The notes beneath the pieces are model-generated. The model saw only the letters and a list, made by a program, of their open reading frames with translations. It made no database searches and had not been told where the DNA came from. 64,000 nucleotides of DNA from an uncultured Spirochaetota bacterium (lineage in GTDB: Bacteria > Spirochaetota > Spirochaetia > SZUA-6 > Fen-1364): positions 1 to 64,000 of the forward strand of contig CAWJSK010000011.1 of the NCBI GenBank assembly GCA_963845535.1, in the 5' to 3' direction. The translations under genes and the position numbers were made by a program. Positions 48,437-59,902 of the stretch are shown here, piece by piece (the stretch's first letter is position 1; every line of letters begins with the position of its first letter).

Positions 48437-49459
48437 ATGAGCAGACGCACAATCCTTCTTCGGATCTCCGTGGTTGTCCTGGGAATAGTCGCGGTAGCAT
48501 TGGCCGCGGTTCTCCTTGTCAACTCGAGCCCCGCGCGCGCGCGCTCCGCCGACAGACTTTTTTCCATCCAACGAGGTGAAACTCTCTCCCGCATCAGCCA
48601 GCGGCTTCAGGATGAAGGGTTCATCCGATTCGCGCCTTTTCTCGACGTAGTCGGCAGGATCAGGGGCACCCAAGGCGCTTTCAAGGCGGGGTACTATCGC
48701 ATTCCGGCCGGAGCGTCGGCGCTTTCCATCCATTGGCTTCTCGTGGAAGGCGCCCAGACCCTTGAGAAGCTGACCATTCCTGAGGGATGGACCATCTCCA
48801 AGATAGCGCGCCATCTCGAAGCCCAGGGGGTGTGCAAGGCCTCTGATTTCCTGGCTGCCGCTCGTTCACCAGAGCTGCGTTCGCGTTTTGGCGTGCAGGG
48901 CCGCAGTCTCGAGGGATATCTTTTTCCGGATACCTATTACGTTCCCCGACCGTTCCCCGCGGATGCCATGGCGGAGCTGATGGTGAAGACGTTCTTCGAC
49001 AACATCACCCGGATCGAGCCGGGCTGGCAGGAGATGTCGCCGGAGAAGCAGCGGGACACGCTGATTGTGGCCTCGATTGTCGAGAGAGAGTACCGGATGC
49101 CCGACGAAGCTCCTCTTATCGCATCGGTGTTCTACAACAGGCTACGGCGGAATATGGGGCTTGAATCGTGCGCCACTCTTGAATATATTATTACGGAGAT
49201 CCAGCAAAAGGCACACCCGGAGTACATCACGACAGAAGATGAGAAGCTCAACTCACCCTACAACACGTATAAGTGGGCGGGCTTGCCACCGGGACCGATT
49301 TCAAACCCTGGAATGACGGCGTTGGAGGCCGCCTTCCATCCCGCGCAGACGGATTTCCTGTACTTCGTGCTCCGTGACGCTGATGCAGGGAGGCATTACT
49401 TCTCGCGCGACCTGAGCGAGCATAATCAGGCGAAGTACCTCTATCTGAAGAAATCGTAG
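48437..49459 (+). CDS. mltG: endolytic transglycosylase
   Basis: TIPEG, LEGYLFPDTY, ASIVERE, YNTY..GLPPGPISNPG. Confidence 0.95.
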   Translation: MSRRTILLRISVVVLGIVAVALAAVLLVNSSPARARSADRLFSIQRGETLSRISQRLQDEGFIRFAPFLDVVGRIRGTQGAFKAGYYRIPAGASALSIHWLLVEGAQTLEKLTIPEGWTISKIARHLEAQGVCKASDFLAAARSPELRSRFGVQGRSLEGYLFPDTYYVPRPFPADAMAELMVKTFFDNITRIEPGWQEMSPEKQRDTLIVASIVEREYRMPDEAPLIASVFYNRLRRNMGLESCATLEYIITEIQQKAHPEYITTEDEKLNSPYNTYKWAGLPPGPISNPGMTALEAAFHPAQTDFLYFVLRDADAGRHYFSRDLSEHNQAKYLYLKKS

Positions 49460-49462
49460 GGT

Positions 49463-51247
49463 ATGCGGATACCGGAAAGTACGCTCTCCGAGATTCAGAA
49501 CCGCCTCGACATCGCGGAGGTCATCGGAGAGTACGTCGCCTTGCAGCGCAAAGGGGGGAGGTACTGGGGGCTGTGCCCCTTTCACCAGGAGAAGTCGCCG
49601 TCTTTCACCGTGACGCCGGAGAAAGGCGTGTACTACTGCTTCGGGTGCCAAAAGGGGGGCGGACTTTTCCAGTTTATCATGGATGTCGAGAAGCTCGAAT
49701 GGCGTGACGCCGTGGAGCTTCTGGCCAAGAAGGCGGGGATCGAGATCCCGCGCGGTGAGGACAGAGGGGAAGGGGCCAAGCGGGAGGGGCTCCTCGAGCT
49801 GAACAAAAGGGTGGCGGGAAGCTTCCACTGGCTCCTGTGTGAGGACGCGCAGGCGGAATCTGCCAGGAAGTATCTGGCCTCTCGTGGGGTGAGCAGGCCT
49901 ATTATGGACAGCTTCCAGCTGGGCTATGCGCCTCCGGAGCGGGAATGGCTGCACAGGTTCCTGATGCAGAAGAGCTATTCGGAGGAGTTCCTTTCTCAGA
50001 CGGGTCTGTTCATGCAAGGTTCCCGAAGCGGCACAGCGGCTCTTTTTGCCAACCGCGTGATGTTCCCGATTGCCAACGCCCGGGGGGAAACGCTGGCTTT
50101 CGGAGGCAGGGCGCTGGGAGATGCCCAGCCCAAGTACTTGAACTCCCCAGAAACGGCTTTCTTCCGCAAGGGAGAAAACCTTTTCGCAATCGACAAGGCG
50201 GCACCCGCTATCCGGAGCGCCGGCGCGTTCGTGCTCGTGGAGGGCTACATGGATGTCCTGGCGATGCACCAGGCGGACATCGTCAATTGCGTAGCCCCTC
50301 TGGGCACGGCGCTCACGGAATCCCAGGTTCGCCTCCTGAAGCGATACGCGCAGAAGGGGATCCTGGTCTTCGACGGTGACGAGGCAGGCCAGAAGGCGAC
50401 CATGCGGGCGGTGGAGATGCTTGAGCGCCAGGACCTCATTGCTGAGGTGGTTGAGCTTCCGAATGGCATGGACCCGGCGGATTTCGTTCAGAACGGGGAG
50501 ATCGGCAAGCTCCGAGGGGTGATGGAAAAGCCCATGGAGAGCTTTCGCTACTTGACGGCAAAAGCGGCCGCCCGGTACGCGCTCTCCACGCCTGAGGGCA
50601 GGGAAGGGATGCGGGATTTTCTGTTCCCGTTCGTTGCCGCGGTGAGCTCGCAGCTGAGAGCGGACGGCTACCTGTCGCAGATCGCTGAATCCCTTGATGC
50701 CGAGCCGGGCGCCATCCGGAGGGATTTCTCCACGTGGAGGACGCGGGAGAAGGGGAGAAGCCAGGGGAACGCGATGAAAGCGCCCGAGATGTCCCAGACG
50801 CTTTCGGCTGATCTTTTTCTCCTTCTTGCAGTCGCGGCAAACCGGGAGCTTTTCCCGATTGTGCGCGGCGGAGGCATCTCGCTTCCCGACGACCTTGATG
50901 ACGAGCGCGCCCGGGCGCTTTTCGTCGCCTTGGAGGAATGCTTTCGGGCGGAGGAAAAAGGGCTGGATGCCCTGTGCGCGCGTATAGAGTCGTCGGAGTT
51001 GAGGGACCTCGTTGTTCGGAAGATCGCGAGCGGCGAGTTCGACCTGAACCAGGAAAAGATGGTGAGGGACGGCGTGCGGAACGTGCGGCAAAGGGAGCTG
51101 GCAAAGCGGATCGATCAGCTTGGGGCTGAGATGAGACGGATGGAACGCGAGCGGCCGGATGCGGCCCGCCTTCGGGAGCTTTTGGCGGAAAAAATGCATC
51201 TGGACGATGAGCTCGCGAAACTGAACACGGGGGCTGCAAGGGCTTGA
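49463..51247 (+). CDS. dnaG: DNA primase
   Basis: [35 protein letters not shown]. Confidence 0.97.
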   Translation: MRIPESTLSEIQNRLDIAEVIGEYVALQRKGGRYWGLCPFHQEKSPSFTVTPEKGVYYCFGCQKGGGLFQFIMDVEKLEWRDAVELLAKKAGIEIPRGEDRGEGAKREGLLELNKRVAGSFHWLLCEDAQAESARKYLASRGVSRPIMDSFQLGYAPPEREWLHRFLMQKSYSEEFLSQTGLFMQGSRSGTAALFANRVMFPIANARGETLAFGGRALGDAQPKYLNSPETAFFRKGENLFAIDKAAPAIRSAGAFVLVEGYMDVLAMHQADIVNCVAPLGTALTESQVRLLKRYAQKGILVFDGDEAGQKATMRAVEMLERQDLIAEVVELPNGMDPADFVQNGEIGKLRGVMEKPMESFRYLTAKAAARYALSTPEGREGMRDFLFPFVAAVSSQLRADGYLSQIAESLDAEPGAIRRDFSTWRTREKGRSQGNAMKAPEMSQTLSADLFLLLAVAANRELFPIVRGGGISLPDDLDDERARALFVALEECFRAEEKGLDALCARIESSELRDLVVRKIASGEFDLNQEKMVRDGVRNVRQRELAKRIDQLGAEMRRMERERPDAARLRELLAEKMHLDDELAKLNTGAARA

Positions 51248-53097
51248 AACCGAAAACAACGACCAAGAACAGGGAAGCTCCGCGCGCTGCGTCGCGGGAA
51301 TCAGCTCGAAAGAGGGAGAAGGCTGCCGGCAGGGTAGCCTCCAAGGCGGCGCGCGGGGTCGCCGTTCCCCCGGTGAGCACCGAGCTTGCGGACGACCCGT
51401 CCGTCAAGAAGCTTCTCGAGTACGCCAAGGGCAAGAAGAGCGTCAGCTATGACGAGGTGAACGACTTCCTCCCCGACGCCATCGTGCACTCCGACCGGAT
51501 CGAAGAGGTCATCGGGCTGCTGGCGAAGCACAACATCAAGCTCGAGGAAGAGGAAATCAGCCTCGAGATTGAGGAAGAGAAGCCGGGGAAGGACCGCAAG
51601 AAGCTCATCTACAGCGACAAGGAATCCTCGGTGGATGACCCCATCCGCCTCTACCTCCGTGAGATCGGGAAAGAGAACCTCCTGACCGCGGAGCAGGAGG
51701 TGGAGCTTTCCAAGAGAATGGAAGAGGGGGAGAACATCATCAAGGGGGTCATCAAGAACTCCGGCGTGCTGGTGCGGGAGTTCCTCCGCCTTGGCTTGCG
51801 CGCCACCTCCGTGAAAGACCCCCGGGAGATGAACCTCACCAAGAGGGAGGCAACCGAATACCTTGCGGAAACGCGCAAGCTCGGCGCGTTCTACAAGGAG
51901 CCTTTCAAGGACCACTTGGACGGCGTGAAGCGCTACATGGAGATGAAACGCCACGCCGAGTCGGAGGGCGGGGACATCTTCGATGACGCGTTCCTGGAAA
52001 TCCGCAAGGACGTGGCGGACTCCCTGAAGAAGGTCGAGCTGCGGCCGGAGGACATTGCTGCAATCGCGGACCGCCTCATTGCCGTGGCGCGCCGCATCCG
52101 TTCCATCCAGAAGGAAATGACTCGCGTGGAGAAGCGCCTCCACATCGCCTCTGCAAAGGATATGAAGTCCCTTGTGCGCAGGCTTGCCGTCAACGCCGAG
52201 CGTGAGAAGATGGAGAAGGCGGTCGGGATGGGATCAGAACGGGTGCGGGAGCTTCTGCACCTGCACCAAGGCAATGAAAAAAAGCTCCAGCGCTACGAGA
52301 CGGTGTTCGAGAACAAGAGCGAAGACATCCTCGCCATGGCGGACGAGATCGAGCGCGGCCGGATCCTCATGAAAGAGGCAAAAGACCGTCTCATCAAGGC
52401 CAACCTTCGCCTCGTGGTAAGCATCGCCAAAAAGTACACCAACCGCGGGCTCCATTTCTTCGACCTCGTGCAGGAAGGGAACATCGGCCTGATCAAGGCG
52501 GTGGAAAAGTTCGAGTATCGCAAGGGCTACAAGTTCTCGACGTACGCAACGTGGTGGATCCGCCAGGCCATTACCCGTTCGATCTCCGACCAGGCGCGCA
52601 CCATCCGGGTGCCCGTGCACATGATCGAGCAGATCAACAAGGTGATGCGCGAATCCCGACAGCTCATGCAGGTCCTGGGCCGTGAGCCCACGGATGACGA
52701 AGTGGCGGAGAAGCTCGGGTGGGCTACAGGCCGCGTGAAGGCCGTGAAAAGCGTGGCCCGGGAGCCGATCTCCCTGGAAACCCCCATTGGGGAGGAAGAA
52801 GACAGCCTCCTGGGGGATTTCATCGAAGACAAGGAAGTGGAAAGCCCCTCCAACATGACGGCGTTCCGGCTGCTCCAGGAACAGCTCGAGTCGGTCCTGA
52901 CAACGCTTCCCCCGCGCGAGCAGGAAGTGCTCAAGATGCGCTTCGGTTTGGAGGACGGGTATTCCCTGACGCTGGAGGAGGTGGGCCTCTACTTTAACGT
53001 GACCCGGGAGCGCATTCGTCAGATCGAGGCCAAGGCGCTTCGACGGCTGCGCCACCCGACGCGAAGCCGCCGCCTGAAAGATTATCTGGAACACTAG
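51244..53097 (+). CDS. rpoD: RNA polymerase sigma factor RpoD
   Basis: [46 protein letters not shown]; start uncertain. Confidence 0.97.
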   Translation: MKPKTTTKNREAPRAASRESARKREKAAGRVASKAARGVAVPPVSTELADDPSVKKLLEYAKGKKSVSYDEVNDFLPDAIVHSDRIEEVIGLLAKHNIKLEEEEISLEIEEEKPGKDRKKLIYSDKESSVDDPIRLYLREIGKENLLTAEQEVELSKRMEEGENIIKGVIKNSGVLVREFLRLGLRATSVKDPREMNLTKREATEYLAETRKLGAFYKEPFKDHLDGVKRYMEMKRHAESEGGDIFDDAFLEIRKDVADSLKKVELRPEDIAAIADRLIAVARRIRSIQKEMTRVEKRLHIASAKDMKSLVRRLAVNAEREKMEKAVGMGSERVRELLHLHQGNEKKLQRYETVFENKSEDILAMADEIERGRILMKEAKDRLIKANLRLVVSIAKKYTNRGLHFFDLVQEGNIGLIKAVEKFEYRKGYKFSTYATWWIRQAITRSISDQARTIRVPVHMIEQINKVMRESRQLMQVLGREPTDDEVAEKLGWATGRVKAVKSVAREPISLETPIGEEEDSLLGDFIEDKEVESPSNMTAFRLLQEQLESVLTTLPPREQEVLKMRFGLEDGYSLTLEEVGLYFNVTRERIRQIEAKALRRLRHPTRSRRLKDYLEH

Positions 53098-53114
53098 CAG
53101 GAAGAAGGAAAAAC

Positions 53115-53933
53115 ATGGCACGGACAGTCTATGACAAGCTGAGAGCGCTCCAGGAGGTCCTCTCGAAGAAGTTCGAGGTGGAGAAGGAAATCCAGGAGAT
53201 ACCCAAGTCCCTGGCAACCAAGACGGAGCTGCTGAACCGTCTGAAAAAATCCTTCATGGACAAGAGCGCCACCAATGAGGCGGCGCTGGCCCGCGTGGCT
53301 GACCTCGGCCAGAAGCTCACGGACGCCGAGCAGAGCCGCACGTCCTATGAAGGCCAGATGGACGAGATCAAGACGCAGCGCGAGTATGAGGCTCTCGACA
53401 AGGAGATCAAGGACGCTACGGAGAAGGAAGGGCAGCTTCGCAAGGAGCTGCAGCGCGAGCAGGCGACCCTGGAAGAGCTGAAGAACGCAATCGAAAAAGA
53501 AGAAGCCATGATCAGCAAGCAGGAAGAGGACGTCAAGGAAGAGCAATCCAAGATCAAGGTCAAGATCAAGGAGAAGAACGGCGACCTGAAGAAGTTGCAG
53601 GGAGATGAGAAGAAAATCACTCCCGGCCTCGATGAGGACATCCTTTTCAAGTTCGAGCGGATCATCAAGAGCAAGTCCGGGCTCGGCATCGTCTCTCTCA
53701 CCAAGGGCGTCTGCACCGGGTGCTACATGATCCTCCCTCCCCAGTTCGTCAACACGGTCAGGCTCGGAGAAGGTGTGGAGTTCTGCCCGTATTGCAGCCG
53801 CATTCTCTTCTACCAGGAGGATGAGGAAGACGAAAGCGTCGAGTCGGCAGCAATCGAAGAAGAAGCAGAAGAAGAGGAAGAAGAAGAGGAGGAAGAGGAA
53901 GAGGCGCCGGAGGAAGAGGAAGAGGAAATATAA
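53115..53933 (+). CDS. coiled-coil C4 zinc-ribbon protein with acidic tail
   Basis: CTGCYM...CPYCSRIL; poly-Glu C-terminus. Confidence 0.88.
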   Translation: MARTVYDKLRALQEVLSKKFEVEKEIQEIPKSLATKTELLNRLKKSFMDKSATNEAALARVADLGQKLTDAEQSRTSYEGQMDEIKTQREYEALDKEIKDATEKEGQLRKELQREQATLEELKNAIEKEEAMISKQEEDVKEEQSKIKVKIKEKNGDLKKLQGDEKKITPGLDEDILFKFERIIKSKSGLGIVSLTKGVCTGCYMILPPQFVNTVRLGEGVEFCPYCSRILFYQEDEEDESVESAAIEEEAEEEEEEEEEEEEAPEEEEEEI

Positions 53934-54061
53934 GGAAGACGCGCTCATCGCTCTCGTTGAGCGCTGCCCGACCGTCGCTCTTGCCTCCGCGCGGGTTACC
54001 GCGCTAGGGCTGTTGCGACGGTCGGGCTTGCACATTATCGACCTGCGGTCGATAATGTGCT

Positions 54062-54481
54062 GGGCAGATCAGGTCACCGCCTTCCGCGCGTCTCCATAGG
54101 AGACGCGCTCGAGGGAGGAAAGTCCGGGCTCCAGAGAGCAGAACGCCGGCTAACCGCCGGGTCTCGGGCCTTGCGCGCAAGCGCGAGAATCCCGGGAACA
54201 GACAGTGCCACAGAAAGAATACCGCTTCCGCGTGCCTCCTTCGGAGTCACGCTAGAGCAAGGGTGAAAAGGCGGGGTAAGAGCCCACCGCTCGTCCGGTG
54301 ACGGACGGGGCACGGAAAACCTCGTTCGGAGCAAAGCCAAGCAGCAGGGGGCTGCTCGCCCTCCAGCGCGGGTCCGTAGGAGCCGCGCTGGAAACCTGCG
54401 GGTAGGCTGCACGAGGGCGCGGGAAACCGCGTCCCCAGAGAGATGGTGACCCTCGACAGAACCCGGCTTATCGGTCTGCCC
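54062..54481 (+). ncRNA. rnpB: RNase P RNA, class A
   Basis: GAGGAAAGTCCGGGC, AGTGCCACAGAA, GGTAAGAGCCCACCG, ACAGAACCCGGCTTA; P1 GGGCAGATC/GGTCTGCCC. Confidence 0.95.
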
Positions 54482-54522
54482 TTTTTCTGATATTACTTGA
54501 GCGTGCCCTGCGTGAAAGACTC

Positions 54523-55470
54523 ATGATCCTGAACTATGACCATTACCGGACCGGCCAGCGCAAGCGCGGCCGACGGACCGCCCTTGTCACGGTTGGCGCC
54601 GGAGCGCTGCTCCTCCTCGTGGTGCTGGCGCTCGTCCTGAAACTCCCTTCCCGCCTGTTCGACCCCGGGGTGATGCGGCAGGCGCCGGGAAGGCTGCCTG
54701 ACCTCTGGAAAGCGGAGAACTACGAAGGGGTCATTGCCGCCTCGGATTCCCGACTCCGGGGGGATCCCTTGGACGCCACGGCCCTGTCCTATCGAGGCTT
54801 CGCCTACTTCTACCGGGCCGTCGCGGAGAATGCCCTGGAAGAGAAGCTGCCGTTGCTGGATGAAAGCATTGTATCGCTGCGCCGCGCCCTCCTTTCCGGC
54901 ACGCCGTTCGTGGGAGAGGTCGACTATGTCCTGGGCAAGGCGTATTTCTACAAGGGCAAGTACTACTACGATGAGTCCATTTCGTACATGGAAGCCTCCC
55001 TTGCCAAGGGATACGTGCAGAAGGACTCCAACGAGTACATCGGCCTCTCGTACACCCAGCTCGGGGACTACGACAAGGGCATGGAGTATTTCCTGACGGC
55101 TCTCAAAGATGACTCCGGAGACCTGCTGCTCTTGACAATCGGGCAAACTTACTACCAGATGAAGCGGACCGCTGACGCAATCGACTATCTGCTTCGGACC
55201 CTCAACAAGACCGACGACAAGGCAATCGAGAAGCGCGCGCGGTTCCTCCTGGGCGAGATCTATCTCGACCGGAATGAGCTTTTCAAGGCTGAGGAGCAGT
55301 ACGCCGCAATCGTAAAGATTGATCCCCAGTCCGCGGACGCTCATTTCTTCCTGGGAGAGGTTTACTCGAAGATGAATGATCCGGTGAAGGCCAGGGCGGA
55401 ATGGCGGAATGCCTTGATCATTGATCCTTCATACTACGGAGCCAAGCTCCGTTACTACTCGCGGAAGTAG
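54523..55470 (+). CDS. TPR-repeat membrane-anchored protein
   Basis: N-terminal TM; repeated LG..Y TPR units. Confidence 0.85.
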   Translation: MILNYDHYRTGQRKRGRRTALVTVGAGALLLLVVLALVLKLPSRLFDPGVMRQAPGRLPDLWKAENYEGVIAASDSRLRGDPLDATALSYRGFAYFYRAVAENALEEKLPLLDESIVSLRRALLSGTPFVGEVDYVLGKAYFYKGKYYYDESISYMEASLAKGYVQKDSNEYIGLSYTQLGDYDKGMEYFLTALKDDSGDLLLLTIGQTYYQMKRTADAIDYLLRTLNKTDDKAIEKRARFLLGEIYLDRNELFKAEEQYAAIVKIDPQSADAHFFLGEVYSKMNDPVKARAEWRNALIIDPSYYGAKLRYYSRK

Positions 55471-55519
55471 TGAGCATGTGCGCCGCGGCCCGAGCCGGCA
55501 TACAAGGGAGGTTTTCCTC

Positions 55520-56557
55520 ATGGCCTGGGACAGGATGTTCGAAGCTTTCTCCACGGACCTCGGCATAGACCTTGGTACCTGCAGCACTCTCGTTCACGCT
55601 CGGGGCAAGGGGATCGTTCTGTGCGAGCCGTCCGTGGTTGCAATGGAGCGTGGAACGAAGAAGGTCATGGCGGTGGGCACGGAAGCCAAGAAGATGCTCT
55701 GGAAGACACCGGGAGACATCGTGGCCCTGCGGCCCATCCGTGACGGAGTGATCGCGGATTTCGAAGCCACCGAAAAGATGATCCGCTATTTCATCGAGAA
55801 GGTGATTTCCCGGCGATGGTTCGTGAAGCCACGGATGGTCATCGGCGTCCCCACCTGCATCACGGAGGTGGAGAAGCGCGCCGTTCGGGACTCCGCAGAG
55901 CAGGCGGGAGCGCGTGAGGTGTACCTCATCCAGGAGTCCATGGCCGCGGCAATCGGCGCCAACATCCCCATCCTGGAGCCCGCGGGGCACATGATCTGCG
56001 ACATCGGGGGCGGAACAACCGAGATTTCCGTCATCTCCCTCGGAGGGATGGTCGTGACGAACGCCATTCGCGTGGGCGGAGATGAGTTTGACGAGGCCAT
56101 CATCAAGCACGTGAGAAACGTGCACAACCTCATCGTCGGAGAGTCCACGGCGGAAAACGTAAAGATCACCATCGGAAACGCCTCTCCAGACAAGAAGATC
56201 GACAAGATGGAGATCAAGGGCACGGATGCAATCACCGGTCTTCCCCGGAAGCTGGAAATGGACTCCGTGGAGGTGCGTGAGGCGCTGCAGGAGCCCATCA
56301 ACACCGTGATCGAGGAAATCAAAAAGACCCTTGGCCAGACGCCGCCGGAGCTTGCCGCGGACATCGTGGAGCGCGGCATCGTGATGACCGGAGGAGGCTC
56401 CCTGCTCAAGGGTTTCCCCAAGCTCATCTCCAAGGAAACCGGGGTGCCGGTGATTCTTGCCGAGAATCCTCTTTTGTGCGTGGCCCTCGGCGCGGGAAAG
56501 TTCCTTGAAAGCCTGGTGCGGGAGAAGAACTCCAAGTACTTCAACGTGAAGACCTGA
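55520..56557 (+). CDS. mreB: rod shape-determining protein MreB
   Basis: [27 protein letters not shown]. Confidence 0.97.
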   Translation: MAWDRMFEAFSTDLGIDLGTCSTLVHARGKGIVLCEPSVVAMERGTKKVMAVGTEAKKMLWKTPGDIVALRPIRDGVIADFEATEKMIRYFIEKVISRRWFVKPRMVIGVPTCITEVEKRAVRDSAEQAGAREVYLIQESMAAAIGANIPILEPAGHMICDIGGGTTEISVISLGGMVVTNAIRVGGDEFDEAIIKHVRNVHNLIVGESTAENVKITIGNASPDKKIDKMEIKGTDAITGLPRKLEMDSVEVREALQEPINTVIEEIKKTLGQTPPELAADIVERGIVMTGGGSLLKGFPKLISKETGVPVILAENPLLCVALGAGKFLESLVREKNSKYFNVKT

Positions 56558-56561
56558 TCTC

Positions 56562-57512
56562 ATGCCCGGTCTGTTCGAAGGATTCATTGCCAGGCACAGG
56601 AAGGGAGTCACCCTCACCGTTCTCATCGTCGTGTCCCTTGTGTTCCTTCTCGTCTCCAACAGGGCGGTGGTGATCAAGCCCAAGGAGGTGGGGCTTTCCT
56701 TCGTGGGCTTCTTTCAGAAAGGGTTCACGGGCTTTTTCCGATGGTTCGGGGACACGGCCGGCTCCATCCGGCAGCTCAACGCCGCCCGCGACGAGCTTGA
56801 TGCCGCGCGGCAAAAGCTCCAGGACATGGATCGGGTCACGCGGGATATCGTCGAGCTTCGCCGCCAGAACGCAATGCTGCGGGAACAGCTTGATTTCGCG
56901 CAAACGCTCCCTCCGGACCGAATTGCGGCCGAGGTCATTGCGCGGGATTCGGACAACCTGTTTTCCACCATCACCATCAACAAGGGCTCGCGCCAGGGTG
57001 TCAAACCCGGGATGCCTGTAGTGGCCTATCAGGGCGACATGGAAGGGCTGGTGGGAAAAGTGCTGTCCGTCGGACCGGGAGCATCGGAGATTCTTCCGCT
57101 GTATGATCCCCAGTGTTTTGTCTCCGCCCGGCTCGACAGCACCCGAGACGAAGGTCTCGTCAAAGGAGAGGGGAAAGACCACGGAACCGTGCTCCTCCAG
57201 TACGTGAAGAAAACGGCAAAGGACGCCATCCAATACGGCGACCTCGTTGTCACCTCAGGACTGGGCGGGCTCTACCCGAAAGGCATAAACCTGGGCCGTG
57301 TGCGCGAGATCAAAGCTTTGGCATATGAGACTTCCCTGGAGATCGAAGTGGAGCCGATCGTCAACTTCGACAGGTTGGAATACGTGCTTCTCATAGACGC
57401 GGAGAGCGCTCCCGTTGTCGACCAATCCGACGCGCCGGCAGCCTCCGCGCCGGATGCGGCGCCAGGGACGGCGCCCAAACCCGCGGCGACGCAGGGAGCG
57501 GCAAGCCAGTGA
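56562..57512 (+). CDS. mreC: rod shape-determining protein MreC
   Basis: INKGSRQGV, GLVGKV, VTSGLGGLYPKG. Confidence 0.93.
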   Translation: MPGLFEGFIARHRKGVTLTVLIVVSLVFLLVSNRAVVIKPKEVGLSFVGFFQKGFTGFFRWFGDTAGSIRQLNAARDELDAARQKLQDMDRVTRDIVELRRQNAMLREQLDFAQTLPPDRIAAEVIARDSDNLFSTITINKGSRQGVKPGMPVVAYQGDMEGLVGKVLSVGPGASEILPLYDPQCFVSARLDSTRDEGLVKGEGKDHGTVLLQYVKKTAKDAIQYGDLVVTSGLGGLYPKGINLGRVREIKALAYETSLEIEVEPIVNFDRLEYVLLIDAESAPVVDQSDAPAASAPDAAPGTAPKPAATQGAASQ

Positions 57513-58024
57513 ACAGAGACGTTCGAGTCACGGTTTCCACCGTCATTGCCCTTGCCGTCTGCATTCTCCTCCAGTCGACGATCCTCAACCGGATAGCCAT
57601 CAAGGGCGTCCGTCCGGATCTGGCGCTCATCGTGCTCGTTTTCGTGTCCATGCGCCGCGGCTCAATGGTCGGGCAGGTCTCGGGTTTCGCGGCCGGCTTT
57701 TTCGAGGACCTGATGAATGTGTCGCCGCTGGGGTTCCACTCCCTGATGCGGACCCTCATCGGCTACCTCTATGGGATCTTCGCCGGCAACGTGTTCATTG
57801 ACCCGTTCCTCATGCCCATGGTCCTCACGGTGATAGCCACCATTCTCAAGGGTGTGCTGTCCGGGATTATTTCGGCGATCTTCGGCATCGCTTCCTCGGG
57901 ATTCATCACTTTCACGGGCCGGCTCTGGATCGAGGTCGCCTACAACGGCGTCCTTGCGCCGTTCCTTTTTGCCCTCCTCGGCCTCTTTCGCATCTTCAAG
58001 CAGGCGGACAAGGAAGGAGCTTGA
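57509..58024 (+). CDS. mreD: rod shape-determining protein MreD
   Basis: GVRPDLALI, GFFEDL..PLG; multi-TM; synteny. Confidence 0.9.
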   Translation: MNRDVRVTVSTVIALAVCILLQSTILNRIAIKGVRPDLALIVLVFVSMRRGSMVGQVSGFAAGFFEDLMNVSPLGFHSLMRTLIGYLYGIFAGNVFIDPFLMPMVLTVIATILKGVLSGIISAIFGIASSGFITFTGRLWIEVAYNGVLAPFLFALLGLFRIFKQADKEGA

Positions 58025-59877
58025 TGGAAAGCGCGGGGCGGCAGCAGCGGCGGCGTTTTGTTTTTCTCACCGCCCTCGTTGCCGGCAGCATTGGATTCCT
58101 CGTCATGTACCTTTTCTGGCTTCAGATCGTGAAAGGGTTCGAGTTCAGGCAGCGCGCCAAGGACGTGTCGCAAAGAGAGGTCCCTATCCCGGCGCAGCGC
58201 GGGGAGATCTTCGACCGCAACGCGGATGAGCCCCTGGTCTTCAACGTCGACTCTTTCGCCGTGGATGTCACCCCGGGCGAAGTGTCTCCGACTGATTTTC
58301 CCGCCTTGTTTCAAAGCCTGTCGAAGATCCTCTCGATTCCCGTGCCGGACCTGGAAAAGAAAATTCCCCCGAAGCTCTACCGCACCTACCAGCCCGTGGA
58401 GCTTGCGGGCGGCGTCACCTTGCAAACGATCTCCGAGCTGGCGGAGCATTTCTCGGATTTCGCGGGAGTGAGCTGGCACAACAAACCCATCCGGAATTAC
58501 GTGGAGTCAAGCTCCCTGGCCCACGTCATTGGCTACGTGGGGGATATCACCCATGAAGAGCTGCAGGTCCTGTACAACCAGGGCTATGAGCCAGGGGACG
58601 TGCTCGGCAAGGCCGGAATCGAGAAGGAGTATGACAACATCCTTCGGGGGAAGGACGGCACGCGCTACCGGGTCGTGGACGTCAAAGAGAGACGCCTCAC
58701 CGGCGGGGAGGAAGAGGACATCGTTCCCCCCGTGCCGGGCAGGAACGTGGTGCTGACCATAGACCGGCGTATCCAGAAGCTTGCCGAGCAGGCTCTCGGA
58801 CCGCGCAAAGGATCGATTGTCGTTCTCAGGCCGGCCACGGGTGAGATCCTCGCCATGGTGAGCTACCCGTCATTTGATCCGAACCGGCTTTTTGCGCCGG
58901 ACGCGGGAGACTACTTCAACAAGGTTTCCCTCGACCCTTCGTTCCCTTTCATCAACAGGAGCATCCAGTCGGTCTATCCGCCGGCATCGACGTTCAAGAT
59001 CATCATGACCACCGCAATCGTGGATGACGGCACCATACCCATCAACCGCATGGTGTTGTGCACGGGGAAGCTCGTGTTCGGGGACCGCGTGTTCAACTGC
59101 TGGGTCAAAACGGGCCACGGCTACGAGGACCTCTTCGGCGGGCTGGCACAATCCTGCGACGTGTATTTCTGGACCATGGCCAACGAGCTGGGCGTGGACA
59201 AGATCGACACCTACGCCAGGGATTTCGGAGTCGGCTCGCTGACGGGAATCGACCTCCCGGAGGAAAGGACAGGCCTTCTTCCCACTCCTGAGTGGAAGGA
59301 CAAGATCAAGCACCAGAAGTGGTTGGGGGGTGACACGCTCAACCTCGCCATTGGCCAGGGGTTCGTCACGATGTCTCCTTTGCAGATGGCTGATGAAGTG
59401 GCCATGGTGGCAAACGACGGCGTCGTCTACCGCCCGCATCTGCTGAAGGAGACGCGGGACCCGTTCACCGGCCAAGTCCTCTCGACAATGACACCGGAGG
59501 TGCTTCACCGATCCGCTGTCAACAAGGACACCTGGCACATCGTCCAGCAAGCCTTGCGCGGGGTGATCACCAAGGGGACCGCGGCGCCCGTCATAACGAC
59601 AAAGGCCACCGAAGTGGCGGGAAAGACGGGCACTTCTGAGACTGGCGTAGAAGGCCAGTGGCACTCGTGGTTCGCCGCCTACGCGCCTTTTCAGACCGAC
59701 AAGCCGGAGGAACGGGTAGTCGTAGTTGTCATGGCCGAAGCCTCACCCAACTGGGAATGGTGGGCCCCCAAGGCCGCCAACCTGATCTTCCAGGGTATCT
59801 TTGCCAACCAGGACTACGACCAGGTGCTCGCGACGCTGAGACCGTGGTACGCGCCGGTGAAGGGGCGGGTAGAATGA
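58024..59877 (+). CDS. mrdA: penicillin-binding protein 2
   Basis: RGEIFDRN, STFK (SxxK), SCD, KTGT. Confidence 0.93.
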   Translation: MESAGRQQRRRFVFLTALVAGSIGFLVMYLFWLQIVKGFEFRQRAKDVSQREVPIPAQRGEIFDRNADEPLVFNVDSFAVDVTPGEVSPTDFPALFQSLSKILSIPVPDLEKKIPPKLYRTYQPVELAGGVTLQTISELAEHFSDFAGVSWHNKPIRNYVESSSLAHVIGYVGDITHEELQVLYNQGYEPGDVLGKAGIEKEYDNILRGKDGTRYRVVDVKERRLTGGEEEDIVPPVPGRNVVLTIDRRIQKLAEQALGPRKGSIVVLRPATGEILAMVSYPSFDPNRLFAPDAGDYFNKVSLDPSFPFINRSIQSVYPPASTFKIIMTTAIVDDGTIPINRMVLCTGKLVFGDRVFNCWVKTGHGYEDLFGGLAQSCDVYFWTMANELGVDKIDTYARDFGVGSLTGIDLPEERTGLLPTPEWKDKIKHQKWLGGDTLNLAIGQGFVTMSPLQMADEVAMVANDGVVYRPHLLKETRDPFTGQVLSTMTPEVLHRSAVNKDTWHIVQQALRGVITKGTAAPVITTKATEVAGKTGTSETGVEGQWHSWFAAYAPFQTDKPEERVVVVVMAEASPNWEWWAPKAANLIFQGIFANQDYDQVLATLRPWYAPVKGRVE

Positions 59878-59902
59878 TTCTGGTTCGAACGCGTTCGGAC
59901 AG

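Noticed and set aside
53820..53930. GAA/GAG-rich low-complexity tract
   Set aside because: Simply encodes the acidic tail of the zinc-ribbon protein
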